Shown: in pieces, positions 43,626-52,182 of the stretch
Layout of the letters: each line of letters starts with the position of its first letter
Numbering within the stretch: position 1 is the first letter of the stretch
Source of the DNA: an uncultured delta proteobacterium
GTDB taxonomy: Bacteria; Desulfobacterota; Desulfuromonadia; Desulfuromonadales; BM103
Length of the DNA: 64,000 bases
Reading direction: 5' to 3'
Assembly: GCA_963715335.1 (NCBI GenBank)
Contig: CAVQRZ010000033.1
Coordinates: 1-64,000, forward strand
Notes under the pieces: model-generated
What the model was told of the DNA's origin: nothing
Seen by the model: only the letters and a program-made list of their open reading frames with translations
The model's database searches: none
Made by a program: the position numbers and the translations under genes

Positions 43626-44372
43626 ATGTACAAAACCATAATCGCTCTTTTTGTCCTGGCGCTTGCTCTGCTCCCTGCATGCTCGTCGAAAACGGCTGTT
43701 CCTGTGGAGAAAAATGCCGGTTATTACTTTCAGGAAGGGGAAGAGTTTTTTGAAAAAGGGCTCTACAAGGATGCGATTGCCTCATGGGAGAAGGTCCGGG
43801 ACAGCTACTATTCCCCCGAGTTGAACACGCTCGCGGAACTGAAAATTGCCGAAGCCCATTTCCTTTCCGAGGAGTATATCGAAGCGGCTGTCGCCTACGA
43901 GGCGTTCCTGCAGAATCATCCTGACAACCCCCGCATTCCGGACGTTCTTTATCAGGTCGGGCTCGCTTACACGTACCAGATGTTGGTCCCTGACCGGGAT
44001 CAGAGTACGACCACTTATGCACTGAACGCTTTTCAGACCCTCAAAGAACGCTATCCGAAGGATCGCCGCATCGAAGAAGTCCAGCTGTATATCGATCGCT
44101 GCCGCAACATGCTTGCAGCAAGTGATCTCAACGTAGCGAACTATTACCTGCGCACAGGGCACTATTATGCATCGATCAGTCGGGTCGAAGGCCTGCTGGC
44201 GAAATACCCCAATTACTACCAGCGCGACAAGGCCTATTACATTCTGGGCCAGGCCTATCTGCTCATCGGCGAAAACGAAAAGTCCGCCACCGCATTCAAT
44301 ACCCTTTTCGATGAGTATGTAGGCAGTGAATACGCTGCGGACGCCCAGAAATTCATCGAAGAGAACAACTGA
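43626..44372 (+). CDS. bamD: Outer-membrane assembly lipoprotein BamD
   Basis: Lipobox 'LPAC', TPR repeats, 'DRDQ', 'VANYY'. Confidence 0.88.
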   Translation: MYKTIIALFVLALALLPACSSKTAVPVEKNAGYYFQEGEEFFEKGLYKDAIASWEKVRDSYYSPELNTLAELKIAEAHFLSEEYIEAAVAYEAFLQNHPDNPRIPDVLYQVGLAYTYQMLVPDRDQSTTTYALNAFQTLKERYPKDRRIEEVQLYIDRCRNMLAASDLNVANYYLRTGHYYASISRVEGLLAKYPNYYQRDKAYYILGQAYLLIGENEKSATAFNTLFDEYVGSEYAADAQKFIEENN

Positions 44373-44396
44373 TTTTTGCTGTCATGACAAGATTAA

Positions 44397-44426
44397 AAAG
44401 CCCGTCTGTGAAGACGGGCTTTTTTG
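44397..44426 (+). terminator. Intrinsic terminator after bamD
   Basis: AAAGCCCGTCT-GTGA-AGACGGGCTTTTTT. Confidence 0.85.
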
Positions 44427-44460
44427 GTTTGCAGATTATCCGGTTACTGACCAGGGGCAC

Positions 44461-44513
44461 ATACAGTATACAGTATATTTTCCCTTGACTTGCCGGTATC
44501 CCCATACTATAAA
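44461..44513 (+). promoter_or_regulatory. Sigma70 promoter of the CoA-transferase gene with an upstream GTATACAGTATA operator-like site
   Basis: TTGACT(44485)-17 bp-TATAAA(44508); GTATACAGTATA at 44466-44477. Confidence 0.55.
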
Positions 44514-44747
44514 AATGTTCTATTTTCTATGAGTGGATAGCTGAAAACACAGGGTGAGATCACTGGGCTTCTGCTGAATCGGCCATCTCGCATCAACCCG
44601 ATACATTGAGGCTCCCTGCAGGCTTACGCTTTAACTGGCACAGTCATCGTCGGGATCAAGGACACTGTTTTAACAGCACCCCCTGGCCCGGCAAACGATT
44701 CAAAATTCGGAAACATTCCGAATAAATTCCATCATTGGAGGAGAGAG

Positions 44748-46334
44748 ATGTCCGATTACGGCACACTGGAAAGTCGCGTTCGTCGCAAGTCGCTGCTCAA
44801 AAAAGTTATGAAGCCTGAAGATACTGTTCAGTTCTTCAAGAATGGGCAGAACCTGGTCTGGTCCGGTTTCACTCCGGCCGGTTATCCCAAAGCGGTACCC
44901 ATTGCGTTGGCCGACCACGTCGAAGCCAACAAGCTGCAGGGGAAGCTGAAGTTCAACCTCTTCATCGGAGCCTCCGTCGGTGCCGAGACTGAAGACCGTT
45001 GGGCAACCCTCGACATGATCGACCGTCGCTGGCCTTACCAGACCGGCAAGAATATCGCAGCCGGCATCAACGCCGGTCGCATCCGTATGGGTGACAAGCA
45101 CCTCGGTCACTTTGCCCAGGATATCAGCTACGGCTTCTACACCGAAAATGGCCGTTACGATATCGGCATTTTCGAAGTTTCCGCTATCACCGAAGACGGT
45201 GGTCTGGCCCTGACCTCCTCCTGCGGGATCGTCGCCGAAGCTATCGGCCTCTGCGACAAGATCATCCTTGAGGTCAACACCGGTCAGCCTTCCTTCGAAG
45301 GGATGCACGACATTCACATGCAGCAGAAGCCGCCGCACCGCGCGCCCTTCCTGATCACCGCAGCCGACACCCGCATCGGTACTCCGTACGTTCCTTGTGA
45401 CACGGAAAAGGTTATTGCCGTGGTCGAGTCCAAGAACCGTGACAAAGGCCGCGCCTTTGCCGACATGGACGATACGTCGGAAGCGATCGCCGGTCACATT
45501 ATGGAGTTCTTCGCTCACGAAGTGAAGCGCGGCCGTCTGCCCGAGAACCTGCTGCCCCTGCAGTCCGGCGTCGGCTCCATCGCCAACGCCGTCGTTGGCG
45601 GTCTCGCCAAAGGCCCCTTCCGCAACCTGTCAGTCTACACCGAGGTCCTCCAGGACACCATGCTCGACTTCATTGATGGCGGCAACCTGAACTTTGCTTC
45701 GGCCTGCTCACTCTCACTATCTGAAAAGCCGGGCTTCCCGCGCTTCTTCGAAAACTGGGACAAGTATGCTGACAAGGTCATCATGCGCCCCCTGTCGATC
45801 GCCAACGCTCCCGAGCCGATCCGTCGTCTCGGTTGTATCGCCATGAACACCCCGGTTGAATTCGACATTTACGCCCACGCCAACTCGACCCTGGTCGGCG
45901 GTACCCGGATGATCAACGGCCTCGGCGGCTCCGGTGACTACCTGCGTAACGGTTACCTGAAGATCATGCACTCACCTTCGACCCGTCCGAGCAAGACCGA
46001 CCCGCTCGGCATCACCTGCGTCGTACCGAAGTCTCCGCACATCGACCACACCGAGCACGACCTCGACGTGCTGGTCACCGAGCAGGGTCTGGCTGACCTC
46101 CGCGGCGTGGCACCGAAGGACCGCGCCAAACTGATCATCGCGAAGTGCGCCCATCCCGAGTACAGGCCTATCCTTACGGACTACCTGGAGATGGCGACCA
46201 AGGATTGTATCGCACGTGGCGTCGGTCACGAACCTCAGCTCTTCGACCGCGCCTTCAAGATGCAGTTGAACATGGTGCAGAACGGCACCATGCGCATCAA
46301 GAACTGGGACTTCAAATTCGATCTCTGCGAATAA
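44748..46334 (+). CDS. Succinyl-CoA:acetate CoA-transferase (acetyl-CoA hydrolase family)
   Basis: 'SGFTPAGYPK', 'LQSGVGSIAN', 'YTEVLQD', 'NGLGGSGDY', 'VTEQG'. Confidence 0.93.
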   Translation: MSDYGTLESRVRRKSLLKKVMKPEDTVQFFKNGQNLVWSGFTPAGYPKAVPIALADHVEANKLQGKLKFNLFIGASVGAETEDRWATLDMIDRRWPYQTGKNIAAGINAGRIRMGDKHLGHFAQDISYGFYTENGRYDIGIFEVSAITEDGGLALTSSCGIVAEAIGLCDKIILEVNTGQPSFEGMHDIHMQQKPPHRAPFLITAADTRIGTPYVPCDTEKVIAVVESKNRDKGRAFADMDDTSEAIAGHIMEFFAHEVKRGRLPENLLPLQSGVGSIANAVVGGLAKGPFRNLSVYTEVLQDTMLDFIDGGNLNFASACSLSLSEKPGFPRFFENWDKYADKVIMRPLSIANAPEPIRRLGCIAMNTPVEFDIYAHANSTLVGGTRMINGLGGSGDYLRNGYLKIMHSPSTRPSKTDPLGITCVVPKSPHIDHTEHDLDVLVTEQGLADLRGVAPKDRAKLIIAKCAHPEYRPILTDYLEMATKDCIARGVGHEPQLFDRAFKMQLNMVQNGTMRIKNWDFKFDLCE

Positions 46335-46360
46335 TTTCGACTGTTATATCTGCTGCAATC

Positions 46361-46392
46361 AAAGCCCCGCCGTAAATGGCGGGGCTTTTTTT
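46361..46392 (+). terminator. Intrinsic terminator
   Basis: AAAGCCCCGCC-GTAAAT-GGCGGGGCTTTTTTT. Confidence 0.88.
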
Positions 46393-46481
46393 CATTTTGA
46401 AGGATAGAACAGGCCTGCGTCATCTCTCATTAAAGTAACCATCGGAGCACCCTTTAAAACCTGACGGCAATAATCCTCATT

Positions 46482-46498
46482 TCGGCATAGACCTTGCT
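46482..46498 (+). promoter_or_regulatory. Candidate sigma-54 (-24/-12) promoter
   Basis: TCGGCATAGACCTTGCT = GG-N10-GC with TTGCT at -12. Confidence 0.45.
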
Positions 46499-46608
46499 AA
46501 ATCATTACTTTAGAAGCTTTCGAAGTATCGCGCACACCCTTGAATCGATGAGGAAAGCCACGCCTTTTCTCATTAGGTTAACAGCCCTGAGTTGCAGGGC
46601 CTTATAAC

Positions 46609-46703
46609 TTCTCCGATAAGAGCAAAACCGGGGCAACTCGGTGACGCAAAGCTAAGAGTCCGGAAACACACAGGGTTTTCCGGTCAGTCTGGCTGCCGAA
46701 GAG
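46609..46703 (+). ncRNA. GEMM-I (c-di-GMP-I class) riboswitch; A at the position-20 equivalent, predicted 3',3'-cGAMP variant
   Basis: GCAAAACCGGG-GCAA-CTCGGTGACGC-AAAGC core; P3 ending TGGCTGCCG; P1 TTCTCCG/CGAAGAG. Confidence 0.85.
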
Positions 46704-46744
46704 ATGGTGTCACACGTAGTGTGGTCAACCGACAATGTTCGGAC

Positions 46745-46777
46745 ACCCGGTTTCGGCTCATCGAAACCGGGTTTTTT
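46745..46777 (+). terminator. Riboswitch expression-platform terminator
   Basis: ACCCGGTTTCG-GCTCAT-CGAAACCGGGT followed by T run, between the aptamer and the first gene. Confidence 0.8.
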
Positions 46778-46893
46778 CGTATCCGATTCGGATGACCAAA
46801 TTTGGCACTCAACTGGTGCGCTTGGTCACTTTGCGGCTTTTTAACTCATCTTAAAAAGGCTCGTGAAACGGGACAACAGGGAAAGATTTATTC

Positions 46894-49800
46894 ATGGCCA
46901 CTTTATTTTCCGTCGTCAGCCCAGGCAAATCGTCTTTCATGGCATTAGCGCATATGGCAACAAGTCTTTCCCTGTCAGTGTTGCTGCTATTCGTTACGAC
47001 CCCTGTATTCGCCTACGGTATAAACGAATGCGCCGCTTCTCGTTACGGCGCTGACCTTAATTGCACCGCCGGCGACGTCGCCATCACCGGTATTGCAATT
47101 GCACCGGGCAGCCCGACCAAATGCGTCGGCGGTGAGACCTTCACCGTTGATCTCGACATCACAGTCAACTTTGCCACACCCGACCGCTGGGACATCGGAA
47201 TTTTTCTTTCTGAAGACGGCAATGACCCTCAAAACCTCATCGGCAACGGCGGCGCTTCAAGCTGTTCGGTCGGCATCCTGCCGAACTCAAGCCCCTTTCT
47301 CGATCTCGACTCAAACGTCGGCACTGACACCTGCGGTGACGGCAACGGCGCGATCAACGGAGGCACCGGTTCCGGTGTCGTCCGGATGAATGCAGTGCCA
47401 TTGGCCTGTCAGTCCACCGACATGAGCAATGGCAACCTCTTTATCCCCTTCGTCGTCACCTGGGACAATCAGAAGAGCCCTACGGGTGCTACCTGCACCT
47501 CGATCGCTGACCCGTTCCCGAACACCAAATCCAAGTGCAATGCTCCAGACGGAACGGTCGCCGCGGAAGTGCAGTACGGTACGATTCAAACCATTGTCCT
47601 GCCGGACATTACCAAGAACGACGGCATCTCCGCCATCACTGCGGGAGGCAGCAGCACATATAACGTGGTCATTACCAACACCACGGGCTCAACCCTCGTC
47701 AATGCCATCTTCAGAGACCCTGCGGTACCCAACCTGACAGTCAACAGTCTTAGTTGCTCCGCATCCAGCGGTACAATCTGTCCGGCAAGCTATCCGATAG
47801 CGGTCATGCATGGCGGCGGTATCCTTCTGGAGCCGATGGCCCCGGGCAGCAGCGTGACTTTCTCCGTCGGAGCAACCGTTGACGCCGCCACCCCGGCCGG
47901 CACCATCACCAACACTGCCTCGGTGATTGTCCGCGGCGAAAGCAACTCGGCCAGTGATACCAACGATGTGACCACCAAGTTCAACGTCGCCAAGGAATTT
48001 GCCCCGTCCGCCATCAACGCCGGTGAGACCACGGTCGTGAGTATCACGCTGGCAAACACCAACCTGAGTGTTGCAACCAACGTCGCCTTTAACGACAACT
48101 ATCCGGCCGGCCTTGTCAACACCGCGACTCCAGCTGTGACCAACAGCTGCGGCGGAACGGCAACGGCAGCCGCGGGAGGGAACTCCCTGGTCTTGAGTGG
48201 CGGGACGCTTGCCGCCGGGGCAACCTGCACCGTCACTGCCAACGTGACCAGCGCAGTCGCCGGTGCCTACAGCAACAACACGGGGGCGATTTCCAGCGAT
48301 CAATACGCCGGCGCGGCAGCCACTGCAAACCTCGCAGTCGGGGTCTCGAGTCTGCAGACTGCGACCAAGACCTGGCAGAATCTTAACAGCGGCGAAGCGG
48401 ATCCCGGCGACACCGTCCGCTACTCTATTATCATCCCGGAGACTGCCGGTTCGGCTGCCAGCGGCGTATCGTTTTCGGACACACTGCCTGCAACCCTGAG
48501 CGGGGCAACCGTTGTGTCCTGCCCCATAGGTGCAACCTGCAATGTCAGCAGGGCAAACCGTTACAGCGACGAATATCACGATTCCCCCGAACGGTTCAGT
48601 GGCCATTGTTTTTGATGCGACCATTCAGCCAGCGACACCGCCGGCAACCGCCATCAACAATTGCGCCAGCATCAGCAATCCCACTGGTATAGGCGCCTCA
48701 CCCTGTGCGTCCACGATCACGGTTTCACCTTCAGCTGTCGCCCAAACCGGCAACAAGCCGCTCTATCTCGACAGCAGCACCACCATGTCCCGAACCATGC
48801 CGTCGGCAACGCCGGCCCCGGTAACCATAACCAGCGGCGCTTCGCAAACCTGGTCGCTTAACCCGACCCTGGCCATGCCGGTCACCATCAGCCCGACCAT
48901 CACCCCGCTGGCCATTCTCCCAGTCAACCTCTACCTGGCCAGCGACGTGGCGAACGCGAAGCGGACCGCGCAGGTCACCTTGTCCTGCTCCGGCGGCGGC
49001 ACCAGTTATGCCCAGACGATGATCTTCGACGGCACCGCTCTCAACAACCCTTACCTGCCAACTACGCCGACCCAGGTGCTGTTCAACAACCTGCCCTTCT
49101 CTGCCAACCAGACCTGCGCTGCCGGTCAGACCTGGAATTTGTCCGTCAGCAATGCCTCCGGGTCCGGGAACGTCATAGTCTATCCGGTGAGCGGAGGAAA
49201 CAACTCTTACATCTCGCTGCCATCGTTGAGTGTCATCAACGTCGACAGCATCACCTTCCACACCGATTCCTACGCCAACGGCGGCGGCAGCACCGTCACC
49301 TCGCTCGTCGCAGGGAGCCCGGTCTGGGTCCAGAGCACAGTGAGCGACCCCTTCGGCAGCTACGACATTACAGGTGCCAGTCTGCTTCTGACTGATTCCA
49401 ACGGCACCGTGCAACTCGGCACCGCACCCGCCACTCCCGTCGCCATGTCTCAGAGATTCGATTCGAATGGCGCAACCAAGATCTATGAGTACGGCCCCTA
49501 CAGCATCCCGTCCGCAGGCCCCGGCGGGGCATGGACAGCACGCGTTGATGCGGCCGAAGGAACCGAGGGAACGGTCAGTGACTATGGACTGGGATCCTTG
49601 ACCGTCACCTTGCCGATGCCGGCCCTGACGTTCCTCAAGTCCTCCCTGGTCGAACGCGACCCGGTGAACGGCACCACGACCCCCAAGGCGATCCCGGGCG
49701 CCGACGTGCTGTACACCCTGCAGGCTGTCAATTTCGGCACCGGTGCCGTGGATAGCAACAGTCTGCGGCTTGTCGATCCGATCCCGACCAACAGCCGCCT

Positions 49801-50062
49801 GTTCGTCAACGATCTCGGCCAGGGGTCACCGGTGCTGTTCGCCGACGACGATAACGACAGCGGCTTCGCACCGCCGCAACCCTTCACTCTCGACTACTTC
49901 AGCGATGCGTCTTGTGCAACCGTCACGACGCTGACCCCGGACGCCGATGGCTTCGACGCCAACGTCCGCTGCCTGCGCATCAACATGACCGGCAGCTTCA
50001 GCGCCGCGGCCGGTGCCGTGACCCCGGATTTCGACCTGACCTTCCGGGTGCGCATCGAATGA
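46894..50062 (+). CDS. Secreted multi-DUF11 protein, putative tip adhesin; one frameshift near 48550
   Basis: Signal peptide, Cys-rich N-terminal domain, DUF11 repeats (TK..Y...N..D..PG..F...NTA), C-terminal DUF11 lacking its last strand. Confidence 0.8.
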
Positions 50063-50116
50063 TGATTAACAATGATTAATAGAGCGCAAACCCTGCGTAC
50101 GAAAGGAGTATCACCC

Positions 50117-50602
50117 ATGAAGAAGATTTTGTTACTTACCATCAGCCTGCTGCTACTGCTGGCACCACTCACCGCCTTCGCGGCGGAGGATTTGCGCTTC
50201 AGTTCGACCGCCGAGGTCGAAAGACCGCGGGTCAACGCCAAGGGGGAGAAGGTCATGGTACGTGAACCGGCCACCCTGTTGCAGCCCGGCGAGATCGCGA
50301 TCTACACCAACATCGTCACCAATATCGGCCAACAGCCGGCAGAGGAGATCGTGATCGATAATCCGTTGCCTGAGAACACCGAGTACCTCGGCGGCAGTGC
50401 AACGGAAAACGGTTATGTCGTGCTCTTTTCGGTCGATAAAGGCAAGAGTTTCGGCGGTCAGGATGAGTTAACCGTACCGGACGGCCAAGGTGTTCAGCGA
50501 CCGGCCGAGCCCAAAGATTACACCAATATCCGCTGGACCATGCAGTCCCGGCTCCAACCGGGAGCAACCGGCATCGTCGAATTCCGCGTCCGCGTCAGGT
50601 GA
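50117..50602 (+). CDS. Small secreted incomplete-DUF11 protein
   Basis: Signal peptide; 'PGEIAIYT..TNIG..A..IVIDNPLP..LQPGATGIVEFRVRVR'; AAGGAG RBS. Confidence 0.8.
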   Translation: MKKILLLTISLLLLLAPLTAFAAEDLRFSSTAEVERPRVNAKGEKVMVREPATLLQPGEIAIYTNIVTNIGQQPAEEIVIDNPLPENTEYLGGSATENGYVVLFSVDKGKSFGGQDELTVPDGQGVQRPAEPKDYTNIRWTMQSRLQPGATGIVEFRVRVR

Positions 50603-50659
50603 TGACGGACCGCAACCAATCAACCGAACCAGGATTTTGACCAGATAAGGAGTGACACC

Positions 50660-50761
50660 ATGATCATGCAACAAACGCGCGGCCTGCCGCCGCCCAGACA
50701 ACCAACCAGCAATTGCGCACCAGGTCAGGAGGCTGCCTATGGCAATCAGCGACCGCCGTAA
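50660..50761 (+). CDS. Candidate 33-aa Pro-rich peptide MIMQQTRGLPPPRQPTSNCAPGQEAAYGNQRPP
   Basis: AAGGAG 7 nt before ATG; below the ORF-track length cutoff. Confidence 0.35.
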   Translation: MIMQQTRGLPPPRQPTSNCAPGQEAAYGNQRPP

Positions 50762-50834
50762 TTACGACGTACCCATAACAACATTGGCAACATTACTTGA
50801 AACAGATGCAGTAACGACTAAAGGAGATAGAAAG

Positions 50835-52166
50835 ATGAAGAACTTTCAAAACATCGGCATCGGGCTGCTCACTGCAGTCCTCATGCTGGCCAGCTTTACC
50901 AGCAACGCACTGGCTTTAACCGAAGCCTGCACCCCGATCAACAACCAGGCCACCTTGAGTTACAAGGTCGGCACCGTCGATCAGACCCCCATCGCCTCCG
51001 ACGGTGACAGCGGCACCGCTGGCGCCCAGGCAACCACATTCAGCGTCGCCACCAAAGTCGACCTGACTGTGGCCGGCGGCACAGTACTCTCTGTGGTCCC
51101 CAACGCTGTGGACCAGGTCCTCACCTACAGCATCACCAATACCGGTAACGACCAGCAGCGCTACAACCTGCGCGTCTGGGCCGCTGACGGCACTGAAGTG
51201 GTCTCAGGCCACACCGACAACTTCAATATGAGCAACGTCGATGTCTACACCGACGACGACAACGACTATACCACCGGCACACCAACCCTGATTGCTTCCA
51301 ACGTTGCAACCGACGGTAGTAACTTCTCCGGCTACACAGCCGTGGTCGAGCCCGGCGCGACTATCTACGTCCACCTGGTCGCTGATGTCCCTGGGGCTCA
51401 ACCCAACGGTGACGCCGCCGTCTACGCCCTGCAGGCAATCACCCATCAGCCCACCGGCCTCGACGGTATAGACATTGGCGATGGCACCGATGGCGGCGAG
51501 ACCGACGAGTCAGCCTCCACCACAAACGGTTGTGGCGATGTCGTGGTCCTGGCGGATGGCGATGTTGACGGCGCTAGTGTTTTTGAAGCCGGAACAACCG
51601 ATCTCTCCGACGCCGCCAAGAACGGCTACGGCTATGCCGTCGGCGTCTACCACGTCACAAGCGCAGCCATCTCAGTGACCAAATCCCAAGTAACCCTCTG
51701 GGATCCGATCAACTTTGGCACCAGCCCGCAACCGATCCCCGGCGCTTATGTGACCTACACCTTAACGATTGCAAACAATGGCGCCTCCTCGGCAACCTTG
51801 AGCCAGATCGTCGACGATCTACAAGACACCGTGCTGGCCCTCGACGTCGACTTCTACACCGGCGGAGATACCGATCCAGCTGGTGGTCCCTACACAAATG
51901 GCGCCGCAGGCAGATCAGTTGAGATCGATTATGGTGGCACCAGCACGCGCGTTGACACCTACGGAACGGCAGCTGATTCCGGCTCGGACACGGATGGGGT
52001 CGAATTCTCTGGCGGCCTGGGCGGAGTCCTGACGGTGTACTTCACCGATCCAGGTTCGGAAGGCACCGTGCTGCCTGCCGGAACCTACGGTGGAACCCTC
52101 TATACGCAAGGGGAGTTGAAGACCGGTGAATCAGTGGCCATCAGCTTCAACGTAATCATTCAGTAA
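50835..52166 (+). CDS. Secreted DUF11-type protein, putative major filament subunit
   Basis: AAGGAG RBS; signal peptide; mature N-terminus 'LTEACTPINNQATLSY'; C-terminal 'VTKS..PIPGAYVTYTL..IVDDL..GESVAISFNVIIQ'. Confidence 0.8.
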   Translation: MKNFQNIGIGLLTAVLMLASFTSNALALTEACTPINNQATLSYKVGTVDQTPIASDGDSGTAGAQATTFSVATKVDLTVAGGTVLSVVPNAVDQVLTYSITNTGNDQQRYNLRVWAADGTEVVSGHTDNFNMSNVDVYTDDDNDYTTGTPTLIASNVATDGSNFSGYTAVVEPGATIYVHLVADVPGAQPNGDAAVYALQAITHQPTGLDGIDIGDGTDGGETDESASTTNGCGDVVVLADGDVDGASVFEAGTTDLSDAAKNGYGYAVGVYHVTSAAISVTKSQVTLWDPINFGTSPQPIPGAYVTYTLTIANNGASSATLSQIVDDLQDTVLALDVDFYTGGDTDPAGGPYTNGAAGRSVEIDYGGTSTRVDTYGTAADSGSDTDGVEFSGGLGGVLTVYFTDPGSEGTVLPAGTYGGTLYTQGELKTGESVAISFNVIIQ

Positions 52167-52182
52167 ACGACATCACTCACTA

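Noticed and set aside
46801..46820. Second CIRCE or sigma-54 site at TTGGCACTC
   Set aside because: No matching GAGTGCCAA half-site and no GC at the -12 position
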